Below, piece after piece: positions 20,501-29,184 of a stretch of 64,000 bases of DNA. The number at the start of each line of letters is the position of its first letter. The stretch's first letter is position 1. The notes under the pieces are model-generated. The model worked only from the letters and a program-made list of their open reading frames with translations. It was not told the DNA's origin and did not search any database. The translations under genes and the position numbers were made by a program. Origin of the DNA: Limnoglobus sp. (GTDB lineage: Bacteria; Planctomycetota; Planctomycetia; Gemmatales; Gemmataceae); the NCBI GenBank assembly GCA_043757025.1, contig JAYVQG010000171.1:1833-65832 (forward strand), written 5' to 3'.

Positions 20501-22565
20501 GCTCACCGATACGAAACGCGATGCCACGGGGTGGATGTTCCGCAAACTGTACCTTCGCGATGTCGATGGCAAAGGCAACGGCGAGGAACTGATGCCGGAA
20601 GGGTTGGAGGCACTGACTGCAATCTGGTCGCCGGACGGAAAAAGTCTCTACACGAGCGGCTACGTCACGAAGAAAACCATCGTTGATGGCAAGAAGAACC
20701 CGAACTATACAAGTGAAGCCGCGATCCATCATCGCATCGATATCGCCAGCAAAAAACGGACCGAGTTGACGTTGCCCGCCGGCCACCAGATCATGGATGT
20801 TTCGCCCGATGGCAAATGGTTTCTCACACATGTTCCGCATATGCATAATGCGAAGGAAACCTACAAGGTGTGCCTCGTTGGTATGGATGGTACGGTGAGA
20901 GACGACCTCACCGATGGCAGTGCCCCGATTGTCGGACAACGGTTTTCGCCCGATGGCAAAAAGGTGGTGGCCTTAAGTTTTAACGATGTCGACAACCGAA
21001 CCGCCGTCCGACTGTCGGAGGCCTTCATTCTCGATGTGGCCGCGAAAGAAAAAATGGTCGTGCTGCCGCTGAGTGGTTTGCACGATAACGCCATCGTGCA
21101 AAGCGTCGCGTGGTCGCCCGACGGCAGCCGAATCGCTTTCAGTTGGTGGACCGACGGCCGCACGAAGGGCGAGCCGAAAGACACCCTCGCGCACGTCTCG
21201 ATCGCGACATTCGATAACGCCAAAATCCGCACGATCTTCAGCGTCAAAGACAAAACGATGGGCAGCATCGACTGGGCGAAAACGCGAGTGCCAGTGGCGG
21301 TAAAGCCGGAGGCGAAACCGAGTGCCGAACTACTCGTTCCCAAGCTCGGGAGTGGCGTATTTGCCGAACGTGAAGCGGCGCAAAAAGAACTGCGCGCACT
21401 GGGATTGGCGGCGTTGCCCGCACTGAAAATCGGGCTGCAAAGTAGCGACCCCGAAATCGTGTTGCGTTGCGAAACCCTCATCGACCGCATCGGCAAAGAC
21501 GATGCGGAGGCATTCGCGAAAGCGTTCCTAGCGGATAAAGACTACACGAAGACTTTCGATCACGCGATCTGGACTCGTTGGGCAAAACGCATCGGCGACA
21601 ACCACGGCAGTCGAGAACTGTTCGCGGAAATGCTGAGCGCAGACGGGGCCGCCGTCGCACTGGCATACATGGCCGACGCAAAGACAAAAGACGCCGCCGA
21701 ACGCTATCGGTCCATATTAACGCGATTGAAAGCCCAAGCCGAGCCGCGATATACTTATCCCCAGAAAGACAAGAATCTGACAGCTGCAGGTTACACTCAT
21801 GGAGAAGCCGCTTTCTGCGTATATTTGGGCACATTTGCTGGGACTGAGAAAGCCTTTCCCGATCCGGAAAAAGATCATGGGCCGTCGAGTACAGAAACCG
21901 CACCGTTCGATGGAATCAGTCATTGGCCCGGCGCACCCGTTTCGACTCTTGAAACTAGCCGAATGGTGGAGTTTTCTGGCAACGACTGGAAAAGCCCAGG
22001 AGTACAACGTTGGAAGCGGATGGAAAAATCTGCACGCATATTGTTCGTCGAATCAATGACTAATCGAAAAGACCCTCACACCATCGAACGTGGCTTGCAG
22101 ATTTTCAGTGGGAAGCCGAACGAAATTCTCCCAGTGGCAATTTCGGTTGTGAACAACAAGAATTTGCCAAGGCGATGCCTTGCGCCTGCGATCCAGATAT
22201 TGGGAAAGTGTGGTGCTACCGAGTACCTGGATACCATTGCAGAATCGGAAACGGATTCGACAATGGTAGAGAGATTCGGTTCAAATGTTGGTGGAAAAGA
22301 GCGACGTTTCAGTTACCAGGTTCGGGACGTTGCCATCGGAGTTCGCTTGATTCTTCACAAACAATCGCTCGTCGATTACGGCTACGTTTACGTTACGGAT
22401 CAAACAGATGAACCCAACCAAGGTAACGCACAATGGCAGTTGGGCAGTATCATCAATTTCTCCTTCCCCGATGAGGCTTCGCGCACAGCGGCGCATACGA
22501 AAGCACTGGCGTTCCTGAAGACGGCGAAGAAGCCAGAGCCAGAAGCGCCGAATCGCGCAAAGTAG
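17511..22565 (+). CDS. Giant membrane-anchored ECF sigma factor with three TolB/WD40-like propeller modules and a HEAT-like C-terminal region
   Basis: Sigma2 (DEAAFALLVQRHG, AEDAYQATFVVLA), sigma4 (AARQLGIAEGTLSSRL), TM helix near aa 245-265, many WSPDG/FSPDG blades, EREAAQKELRALG. Confidence 0.9.
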   Translation: MPMPNVAIRGVLARLCLGLAEVQPDAELLENYIANRDEAAFALLVQRHGPKVFAVCRRLLGQHQLAEDAYQATFVVLAKKAHTIQPRSAVGGFLYGVARKAALEAYAVSRRRKETLVENVPDSPAATLAATDSDVLAMLDEEIANLSDAYRAAVVLCELDGVGRTEAARQLGIAEGTLSSRLAAARKQLATRLKARGVVFSAGLMSSLALSANAAIPPAFASATTAVSLIATGVLRTMLLAKFKIVTTVCILVTALIGMSSFVPKSSMEAIAAPVPKVEKDEGLLWTQDAKTGTLAAFTLDGKKERELKLKAGRNFQGISANGETLLFLAKKGQLTEDEDGLTLHLGKPNDLAGATDTGIECSAKDHFYFLLTRDKKRVVRIQNARNGTDPPVNRALGLPSFNHTLIDLATKKETAIELTDHMQIVDETHDGKEWIAMEYNTGEDLKRPGNRYLRIPMNGGKPVPICDTHQFPFFVPSPNGETYLGLGVSLPPKGELKGFTLYHFNPKTGKATEREVFTDTEQRNVIWSPDGKRFAMKKLGDADLYIGDIDGTKLTKSFAIPDAGPETYLIGWFAAKQNISAPVPKIEIPKQQIRMPLPKVKPPEGVIVLSSFRVKNQIEIVKPDGVSYRMHNLARSIMEAKLSPDGKRMAFVEILEQKPVLVGQKPNTGWVGMNICCFDLDAKEPEVQTIAEGVHNAVLSWAPNGRLYFSHIDPDKLEESQKPGVIVQSQTWSFDFAAKKKTQVKLPSEQIICDISPDGKSLLTRTLRWNTMKQSLYRTPLDTLEPQIVIDEQYPANGSRFSPDGKRVLLTRVTGSVTDASVKGVYVLDLATRKESQIRLPKELEASAFYKACWNPDGTRIAICWFEAIPQPRGAPIPIAPPGGPAPQWAATRITVCDADGANAKTIVKREYNETITGLQWAAVTLEPEKPGEERQKEPISAPVPKGREEVIVAYHAGRPVLLNENGKVVRELFAEGWGGSTGRATLSPDGRQIAMLTDTKRDATGWMFRKLYLRDVDGKGNGEELMPEGLEALTAIWSPDGKSLYTSGYVTKKTIVDGKKNPNYTSEAAIHHRIDIASKKRTELTLPAGHQIMDVSPDGKWFLTHVPHMHNAKETYKVCLVGMDGTVRDDLTDGSAPIVGQRFSPDGKKVVALSFNDVDNRTAVRLSEAFILDVAAKEKMVVLPLSGLHDNAIVQSVAWSPDGSRIAFSWWTDGRTKGEPKDTLAHVSIATFDNAKIRTIFSVKDKTMGSIDWAKTRVPVAVKPEAKPSAELLVPKLGSGVFAEREAAQKELRALGLAALPALKIGLQSSDPEIVLRCETLIDRIGKDDAEAFAKAFLADKDYTKTFDHAIWTRWAKRIGDNHGSRELFAEMLSADGAAVALAYMADAKTKDAAERYRSILTRLKAQAEPRYTYPQKDKNLTAAGYTHGEAAFCVYLGTFAGTEKAFPDPEKDHGPSSTETAPFDGISHWPGAPVSTLETSRMVEFSGNDWKSPGVQRWKRMEKSARILFVESMTNRKDPHTIERGLQIFSGKPNEILPVAISVVNNKNLPRRCLAPAIQILGKCGATEYLDTIAESETDSTMVERFGSNVGGKERRFSYQVRDVAIGVRLILHKQSLVDYGYVYVTDQTDEPNQGNAQWQLGSIINFSFPDEASRTAAHTKALAFLKTAKKPEPEAPNRAK

Positions 22566-22966
22566 ACGGTCGCGCAATTTGGGATTTTCTTATCGCATTT
22601 CCCGTTCGGCTTCGGTGATGATTGCGTAAATCGCCTGCCCAATATGCCATTGCTGTGGACGTTCGCGGGCGCTTCACAAAGCGGCGGCGATCGAGCCACA
22701 GCGATCGTCAACGCGGAAAATAGTCCAACGCCTTCGACCCGAAATCGGCCATTTTCACACCTTTCCACGGCAATTTCTCTCGTGAATCAATCCGGCTTGA
22801 CACTCGACTTCGATACCGCCATAAGCCTGCGACTGTTCGGCCTCGGCTGGTGGGGGAATGATTCCCGCCGGGTATTTGGGCGAAACGGGTGGCACGAAGT
22901 TGCGGCAACTTTCCCACCCAAATCGCCCAGAATTGCCAAACGGAATTCAACGAAGGAGTATCGAAA

Positions 22967-23569
22967 ATGACAGGATTTACGCGACGGTGGATTCGGTTAC
23001 TCGCGGTGATTGCGGTGGCGCTCGTCGGTCAGTCTGCGCGTGCCGGTTTGTTGCCCGTGACCGTGACGACCGCGACCGAAGGCGACAAATTCCGCTGGAC
23101 GTACGCGATCGTGCTACCGACCGATTCGCAATTGCGTTCGGGCGACTACTTCACGATCTACGACTTTGCGGGCTTGGTTACGCCGAGCAATAGCCAACCG
23201 GACGGTTGGACGTTTTCGACCGCGAACGTCGGCCCCGTGCCCGATGGCGTCAACCCCGACGATAGTGCCACGCTGCCGAACTTAACGTGGAAATACACCG
23301 GCCCGACGCTATCGAGCGGGCAGACGGGCCTCGGTAACTTCTGGGCCGTCTCGGAATTCGGCGATGCGACGAACTCGTTCTTCACCGCACGCACGCACCG
23401 TACGGCCGATGGCCGCGTCGATACGAACATCACCGACACGGTAGTGCCCGTGCCGACATCGACGCCGAACCCGAACCTCGTGCCGGAACCGACAACGCTC
23501 GCGCTCGCCGGTTTGGGCTTGCCCCTCATGGGCTTGGTTCGACTCATCCGCCGCAAGCGTACGAGCTAG
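22967..23569 (+). CDS. PEP-CTERM sorting domain protein
   Basis: AAGGAG RBS, signal peptide ending ARA-G, C-terminal VPEPTTLALAGLGLPLMGLVRLIRRKR. Confidence 0.93.
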   Translation: MTGFTRRWIRLLAVIAVALVGQSARAGLLPVTVTTATEGDKFRWTYAIVLPTDSQLRSGDYFTIYDFAGLVTPSNSQPDGWTFSTANVGPVPDGVNPDDSATLPNLTWKYTGPTLSSGQTGLGNFWAVSEFGDATNSFFTARTHRTADGRVDTNITDTVVPVPTSTPNPNLVPEPTTLALAGLGLPLMGLVRLIRRKRTS

Positions 23570-23582
23570 TTTCCAACTGAGG

Positions 23583-23611
23583 TTGACACGATTTAACGGC
23601 TGACTTACTGT
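23583..23611 (+). promoter_or_regulatory. Sigma70-type promoter candidate for the second PEP-CTERM gene
   Basis: TTGACA-N17-TACTGT upstream of the AGGAGG RBS. Confidence 0.5.
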
Positions 23612-23663
23612 TCCACCCGCGAAACGAATGCGACTCGGATTCACATACAGGAGGATCGAAATT

Positions 23664-24263
23664 ATGATTCGCGCAAAATGGTTGACGCGCTTATTGGCCG
23701 CAGCCGCGGTGGCCGTGGCAACCGGTTCGACGGTCGAAGCGGGCCTACTACCCATTGCAGTGACGGTTACGCCAGAAGCCGATAACTTCCGCTGGACGTA
23801 CGCGATCGTGCTGCCCACCGACATGAAACTTCAGTCCGGCAATTACTTCACGATCTACGACTTTCACGGCTACGTGCCGGGCGGCGAATCCGCACCCGAA
23901 GGCTGGACGTTCGGCGCGTCCAAAGTCGGCCCGACACCGGATCGTCTGAGTCCGAAAGACGACCCTGAAGCATTCAATCTGTCCTGGACCTATAAAGGAC
24001 AGACGATCCCCAGCGGCCAAATTGGTCTCGGTAACTTCTGGGCCAACTCAACGTTAGGCGAAGTCAGTACCGCTTCGTTCACGGCACTCACGAACCGCAC
24101 GTCGGATGGCCTGATCGATCGAAACATCACCGCTACCGATGTGCCGAGAGCCCAAGGGACCGGTATCGACCCGAACCTCGTCCCCGAACCGACCACGCTC
24201 GCGCTCGCCGGATTGGGCCTGCCGCTCGTCGGTCTGATGCGTGCGTTCCGACGCCGTAAGTAA
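23664..24263 (+). CDS. PEP-CTERM sorting domain protein (tandem paralog)
   Basis: Signal peptide ending VEA-G; shares FRWTYAIVLPTD, YFTIYDF, GLGNFWA and NLVPEPTTLALAGLGLPL with the previous gene. Confidence 0.93.
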   Translation: MIRAKWLTRLLAAAAVAVATGSTVEAGLLPIAVTVTPEADNFRWTYAIVLPTDMKLQSGNYFTIYDFHGYVPGGESAPEGWTFGASKVGPTPDRLSPKDDPEAFNLSWTYKGQTIPSGQIGLGNFWANSTLGEVSTASFTALTNRTSDGLIDRNITATDVPRAQGTGIDPNLVPEPTTLALAGLGLPLVGLMRAFRRRK

Positions 24264-24287
24264 ACCGATTCGACTAGGAATCTTCGC

Positions 24288-24311
24288 GAGCCGACCCAAA
24301 CGGGTCGGCTC
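24288..24311 (+). terminator. Hairpin downstream of the PEP-CTERM pair
   Basis: GAGCCGACCC-AAAC-GGGTCGGCTC; no U-tract. Confidence 0.5.
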
Positions 24312-24402
24312 GTGGCGTTGACGGATTGCGATTATGCCTAACTGTAAGGCTGTCACTCCGCTTGTGTATCTTCATGAGGATATACATTATGGAGGGACGA
24401 TC

Positions 24403-25101
24403 ATGATCCGCATCCGGCGTGCAGACGAGCGAGGCATCACCGACTTCGGTTGGCTGGATAGCCGTCATTCGTTCTCTTTCGGCGACTATCGCGATCGCAA
24501 CCATAATTCGTTTCGTACCCTTCGCGTCATCAACGACGACCGCATCGCGGTGGGCGGCGGGTTCCCTTCGCACCCGCATCGCGACATGGAAATTTTAACT
24601 TGCGTCCTGTCCGGCGAACTCGCACACCGAGACAGTATGGGCAACGGCACCACCATCCGCCCCGGCGAATGGCAAAAGATGACCGCCGGTACGGGCGTGA
24701 TTCACAGCGAATTCAACCCGTCCGAGACCGAAGCGGTTCACTTGCTGCAAATCTGGGTGGTGCCGGATCGCAAAGGACGCACGCCGGAATACGGGCAGAA
24801 GTTGTTTTCCACAGAGGAGAAAACGGGAAGCTGGCGAACGATCGCCTCCGTCGATGGTCGCGACGATTCGCTGAAGGTCCATCAGGATTTGGTGCTGTCT
24901 GCGTCGCTGCTATCTGCCGGAGATGTACGCACGTATTTACTCGCACCGAAACGCGGTGCGTGGCTGCATCTCATCGACGGCTCGGCACAAGTAAACGGCC
25001 ATACGTTGTCCGCCGGCGATGCGCTCGCGATCGAAGACGAACCGACGATCCGAATCGAAGGAATCGAGGCCGGCGAGGTGCTGCTATTCGACCTCGCATA
25101 A
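24403..25101 (+). CDS. Pirin family protein (YhhW-like)
   Basis: GWLDSRHSFSF, LRVINDDRI, GFPSHPHRDMEILT, MTAGTGVIHSEFN, LLQIW. Confidence 0.95.
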   Translation: MIRIRRADERGITDFGWLDSRHSFSFGDYRDRNHNSFRTLRVINDDRIAVGGGFPSHPHRDMEILTCVLSGELAHRDSMGNGTTIRPGEWQKMTAGTGVIHSEFNPSETEAVHLLQIWVVPDRKGRTPEYGQKLFSTEEKTGSWRTIASVDGRDDSLKVHQDLVLSASLLSAGDVRTYLLAPKRGAWLHLIDGSAQVNGHTLSAGDALAIEDEPTIRIEGIEAGEVLLFDLA

Positions 25102-25136
25102 TGCGATCGTCACGTGGTAAAAAACAGGGTATCAAT

Positions 25137-25194
25137 GTGGGGCACGTTTTTAACGTGCCTTTCTCGATAATGGCACGGTAAAAACGTGCCCCAC
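25137..25194. repeat. REP-like inverted doublet between convergent genes
   Basis: GTGGGGCACGTTTTTAACGTGCC and GGCACGGTAAAAACGTGCCCCAC; each unit is itself a hairpin. Confidence 0.8.
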
Positions 25195-25233
25195 GTACCT
25201 AAAACTACCGGTATTTGAACCGTGCCGCGATCG

Positions 25234-27354
25234 TCACTCCCCCATCATCTCGCGGCGGACGTCGTCGGGGGCGGGTGCGTAGGTGAGCGGCTCGATCGTA
25301 CTTGCGGCGCGGCCCTGGCTCAGGCTGCGGACGCGGTCGGCGTAATCGAACAGCTGCCGTAGTGGTACGCGGGCTTCGACTTCGCTGAGATTTCCGCCTT
25401 CGGACTCGGAACGCAAAATTTCGCCGCCGCGTTGACTGAGGTCGCCGATCACGTTGCCAATGAAGTCGTTCGGCGTCGTCACGGTGACGCGCATGAGCGG
25501 TTCCATCAGTTGCATGTTCCCGTCCATCGCTTCGCGATACGCCTGCACGGCCGCCTTCGTGAACGCATCTTCGCTGCTCCATTGCGGGTCGAACTTCGCG
25601 TCGGCGATCGTCGCCTGCACGTTCATCAGCGGGTAACCGAGTTCGCCCGTTTGCAGTGCGTCGAACAAACCGCGTTCGGCGGCGGCGGCAAACAACGCGG
25701 GCAAAATGTCCGACGCGACGCTGTTATTCACGATCACCGGCTTGTCGGATTTGAAGTTCGTGAACGACACGCGGAGCTTCGCGAACGCCTGTTTGTCGCC
25801 CATGCGATCGACTTCGACTTCGACCGTCTTGCCCGATTTCATCATCTCACGGAAGCTGACGCGGGGCTTGCCGACGCGGACTTTCAAGCGAAAATCGCGT
25901 TCGAGGCGGTGGCGCTTCACTTCGAGGTGCAGCGTGCCCATGCCGCTCATCAGCGTTTGTGCGGTGTCTTTCTCGACCTTCACTTTGAACGTCGGGTCTT
26001 CGAGTTGCAGCATCTGCAAAGCGTTCGCCAACTTGTCCTTATCCGCACCGCTTTCGGGTTCGATCGACTGGCTGACCACCGACTCCGCGAACGAAATCGC
26101 TTCGAGCAAGATCGGGTGCGATGTTTCGCAAAGCGTGTCGCCCGTCGTCGTATCCTTGAGGCCGATGACGGCGACAATGTCCCCCGCCGGTGCCGATTCG
26201 ACTTCCTCTAGCCCGCGGGTCGGGTCGGCGTGAATGTGATACAGCTTCGCGATGTTCTCCTTGATGTCCTTGCCCGGATTGAACGCGCGGGCGTTCGGTT
26301 TCAACACGCCGGAGTAAACGCGGATGAAGAAGCGATGCCCGTTCGGGTGCCACGCCGCCTTGAAAACGAGGCCGCAGAACGGCTCCTTCGGGTCGGGCTT
26401 GCGGATCTCTTCTTTCTTGCCCTTCGGATTTGTGCCCACGACCGGCGGGCGATCCAACGGGCTGGGCAGGTAATACAGCACCGCATCGAGTAGCGGTTGG
26501 ATGCCGATATGCTCGCGCCCACTTCCCGCAAGCACGGGGTAGATTCGCCCCAAGAGCGTCTGTTCGCGCACGAGTTCGCGAACCTTCACGGGGTCGGGGT
26601 CTTGTCCTTCGAGGACGTTCGTCGTGATGCGGTCGTGCTCGTCCTTTTCGGTGAGCACATCGAATAACAGTGCCCGGTACTTTTGATACTCGGCCAGCGA
26701 CTCTTCGGGGATTTCCGCCGTGCGAACGGTTTTGCCGTAGTCGCCGGCATCGAAGAAGTAGGCTTTGCTTTCGATGAGATCGATCACGCCACGAAACGGC
26801 GTGGGGCTGTCTTTCGCCGAGCCGTACCCGATCGGGATCACGACCGGCGTGGGCCGACCGTGTGCCGCATAATCGGGCGTCAAGCGTTGGTGAATCGTCT
26901 CTAAGGTGCGAGCGAAGTTCGCTCCGACGACATCCATTTTGTTGATGAACACGAGCCGCGGCACGCCGTACTTGTTCGCCTGCCGCCAGACCGTTTCCGA
27001 TTGGGCTTCGACGCCTTTTTGCCCGTCGAACACGACGATCGCGCCATCGAGAACGCGCAAACTGCGTTCGACTTCCGCCGTGAAATCGACGTGCCCCGGC
27101 GTGTCGATCAGGTTGACGTTGTAGCCTTTCCACGGGAACGGAATGCACGCGGAGTAGATCGTAATGCCGCGCTCTTGCTCTTCGGGGTCGTAGTCGGTTT
27201 CAGTCGTTCCCTCGTCGACGCCACCGAGTTTGTGCTTCACCCCGGCGTAGTAAAGCAGATGCTCGCTCGTCGTCGTTTTCCCGGCATCGATGTGCGCGAT
27301 CACGCCGAGGTTGCGAACGAGTTTCAGTTCTTCGGTCGGTGAGGACTTAGTCAT
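25234..27354 (-). CDS. fusA: Elongation factor G paralog B, at the str-locus position, with divergent domain IV
   Basis: AHIDAGKTT, ERGITI, DTPGHVDF, NKMD, GMGTLHLE, LMEPLM; follows rpsG. Start could be 27354, 27363 or 27369. Confidence 0.93.
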   Translation of the reverse strand: MTKSSPTEELKLVRNLGVIAHIDAGKTTTSEHLLYYAGVKHKLGGVDEGTTETDYDPEEQERGITIYSACIPFPWKGYNVNLIDTPGHVDFTAEVERSLRVLDGAIVVFDGQKGVEAQSETVWRQANKYGVPRLVFINKMDVVGANFARTLETIHQRLTPDYAAHGRPTPVVIPIGYGSAKDSPTPFRGVIDLIESKAYFFDAGDYGKTVRTAEIPEESLAEYQKYRALLFDVLTEKDEHDRITTNVLEGQDPDPVKVRELVREQTLLGRIYPVLAGSGREHIGIQPLLDAVLYYLPSPLDRPPVVGTNPKGKKEEIRKPDPKEPFCGLVFKAAWHPNGHRFFIRVYSGVLKPNARAFNPGKDIKENIAKLYHIHADPTRGLEEVESAPAGDIVAVIGLKDTTTGDTLCETSHPILLEAISFAESVVSQSIEPESGADKDKLANALQMLQLEDPTFKVKVEKDTAQTLMSGMGTLHLEVKRHRLERDFRLKVRVGKPRVSFREMMKSGKTVEVEVDRMGDKQAFAKLRVSFTNFKSDKPVIVNNSVASDILPALFAAAAERGLFDALQTGELGYPLMNVQATIADAKFDPQWSSEDAFTKAAVQAYREAMDGNMQLMEPLMRVTVTTPNDFIGNVIGDLSQRGGEILRSESEGGNLSEVEARVPLRQLFDYADRVRSLSQGRAASTIEPLTYAPAPDDVRREMMGE

Positions 27355-27483
27355 CGGAGACATTCTCAAAAAGTATCAGACCGCGCCCTGTTAGTCTTGT
27401 TAGCCCGACGCGCCAGCGAGGGAAAATCAATCGCGGTTCGCCCTCATTTTAGAGATCGTCGACCGTTTTGAGTAACACAACGC

Positions 27484-27510
27484 AAAAACCCCCGATAACG
27501 ATCGGGGGTT
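27484..27510 (-). terminator. Intrinsic terminator between rpsG and fusA paralog B
   Basis: On the minus strand AACCCCCGAT-CGTT-ATCGGGGGTT runs into a T-tract (GGGGGTTTTTGCG). Confidence 0.75.
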
Positions 27511-27532
27511 GTGCGGTTTTGATACTCGATGC

Positions 27533-28009
27533 CTACCAGGCGAAGTGGCTGAACGCCTTGTTGGCTTCGGCCATCTTGATGGTTTGCTCGCGTTTCGCCA
27601 TCGCTTCGCCTTCGCGGCGGAAGGCGGCCATGAGTTCATCGGCGAGGCGGAGGTACGTCGGGCGACCGGCTTTGGCTCGGATCGCGGCGAGGATCCAGCG
27701 GATCGCCAGCGATTCTTGGCGTTTCGCCTTCACTTGCATTGGCACTTGATAGTTGGCACCGCCCACCCGGCGGGAGCGCACTTCGAGTGCGGGCTTGATG
27801 TTGTTCAAAGCCTGCGTGAAGACTTCGATCGTTTCGATGTCGGGCATCCGCTTTTGGATTTGTTCCATCGCCTGATACACGACGCGCGTGGCCGTGGACT
27901 TCTTGCCGTCCCGCATGAGGCAGTTGATAAACTTGCTCATGAGGATCGAGTTGAAGCGAATATCGGGCACGAGCTTGTCGTAACTAGCGGTTCTACCCTT
28001 ACTTGCCAT
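27533..28009 (-). CDS. rpsG: 30S ribosomal protein S7
   Basis: KFINCLMRDGKKS, LEVRSRRVGGANYQVP, MAEANKAFSHFAW. Confidence 0.98.
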   Translation of the reverse strand: MASKGRTASYDKLVPDIRFNSILMSKFINCLMRDGKKSTATRVVYQAMEQIQKRMPDIETIEVFTQALNNIKPALEVRSRRVGGANYQVPMQVKAKRQESLAIRWILAAIRAKAGRPTYLRLADELMAAFRREGEAMAKREQTIKMAEANKAFSHFAW

Positions 28010-28083
28010 TCGTCTATCTCTTTACGGATTGTGCCTGTTACTGGCGGCGTGTCGTCGAAACGCGATCGACGACAAAACCTCGG

Positions 28084-28455
28084 TTACTTTTCCTTCTTCG
28101 ATCCATATTTCGAGCGAGCTTGCTTACGATCCGAGACGCCTTGGCAGTCGAGGACGCCGCGGACGATGTGATAGCGCACGCCGGGAAGGTCGCGGACGCG
28201 GCCCCCACGAACGAGCACGATCGAGTGTTCTTGCAGGTTGTGGCCTTCACCACCGATGTACGCGGTCACTTCGACGCCCGTACTCAATCGAACCCGTGCG
28301 ACCTTCCGCAAAGCCGAGTTCGGCTTCTTCGGCGTCATCGTTTTCACGACCGTACAGACGCCGCGCTTCTGCGGGCAGCCTAGCATGGCAGGGTGTTTCG
28401 ACTTCGACCGTTGCGGTTGTCGAGGCTTCTTCGTCAGCTGATTAATCGTCGGCAT
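28084..28455 (-). CDS. rpsL: 30S ribosomal protein S12
   Basis: [41 protein letters not shown]. Confidence 0.99.
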   Translation of the reverse strand: MPTINQLTKKPRQPQRSKSKHPAMLGCPQKRGVCTVVKTMTPKKPNSALRKVARVRLSTGVEVTAYIGGEGHNLQEHSIVLVRGGRVRDLPGVRYHIVRGVLDCQGVSDRKQARSKYGSKKEK

Positions 28456-28726
28456 TCCGTACTCTCCACCACACGACCGTATATTTCGGAACTCACATTT
28501 AATGAACTTCGCTCGGCGACGCCAAGCAGCGCCGGCGAATTATTTCCGCTTCCGCGATTTCGCCATCAGCCGTAGACTGGAAACTTATCGATTGCGGTCT
28601 TGATGAACTTAAGGAGTTGACGACCGTTACCCGTTTCAGTGAATCGCCGCCTGATGCACAATAACTACAGATGGGTTGCTCGACCAAAAATCGTGACACT
28701 GTAGCAGTGTATCGACAATGGCTAAT

Positions 28727-29005
28727 TCAGTTAATCGGACGGTATATCAGCCCTTTCACCAGATACTGACCCGGCTCAATTTCAATAACTCTATCGTGGT
28801 CTTCTTCGGTGCGGAAGTATCTGTCTTGCTCTTGATGAGACGGCAGTCCTGGTTCTGGGGTCAACTCATTTAACGGGATCATTTCCCTGACCATTTGCAG
28901 CATTGTTCTGTCACCATTTTTGTTTTCAATCTGAAATGTTTTCAGCACTTCAATTCGCACGTTCGCTCTCCTGTTACGGTGCGCCTGTCTTGATCTTAAA
29001 TACAC
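28727..29005 (-). CDS. Hypothetical small protein in an AT-richer patch
   Basis: 92-codon ORF with no recognisable motif; the true start may be downstream. Confidence 0.4.
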   Translation of the reverse strand: MYLRSRQAHRNRRANVRIEVLKTFQIENKNGDRTMLQMVREMIPLNELTPEPGLPSHQEQDRYFRTEEDHDRVIEIEPGQYLVKGLIYRPIN

Positions 29006-29076
29006 GATAATAGCATAATTAAATCTTTACAATTAGTCAGGTCGATATTTACTGATTTGTCATTGGTCATGGAACT

Positions 29077-29184
29077 CTACTTCGCATCTACCGCAACAGG
29101 AGCCATACCTTGACGCCGAAGCACGACCAGAATCTCGTGATCGGACTTCGCCTGTTCCCACCGATGCTGTTGATATAAGTTCAT
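29077..29184 (-). pseudogene. Truncated partner gene, HEPN-like first helix
   Basis: ATG directly after the TAA of the upstream gene; MNLYQQHRWEQAKSDHEILVVLRRQG then stop after 35 aa. Confidence 0.45.

Noticed and set aside
22890-22903. Sigma54-like TGGCAC...TTGC upstream of the first PEP-CTERM gene
   Set aside because: GG to GC spacing is 9 nt; sigma54 needs 10.
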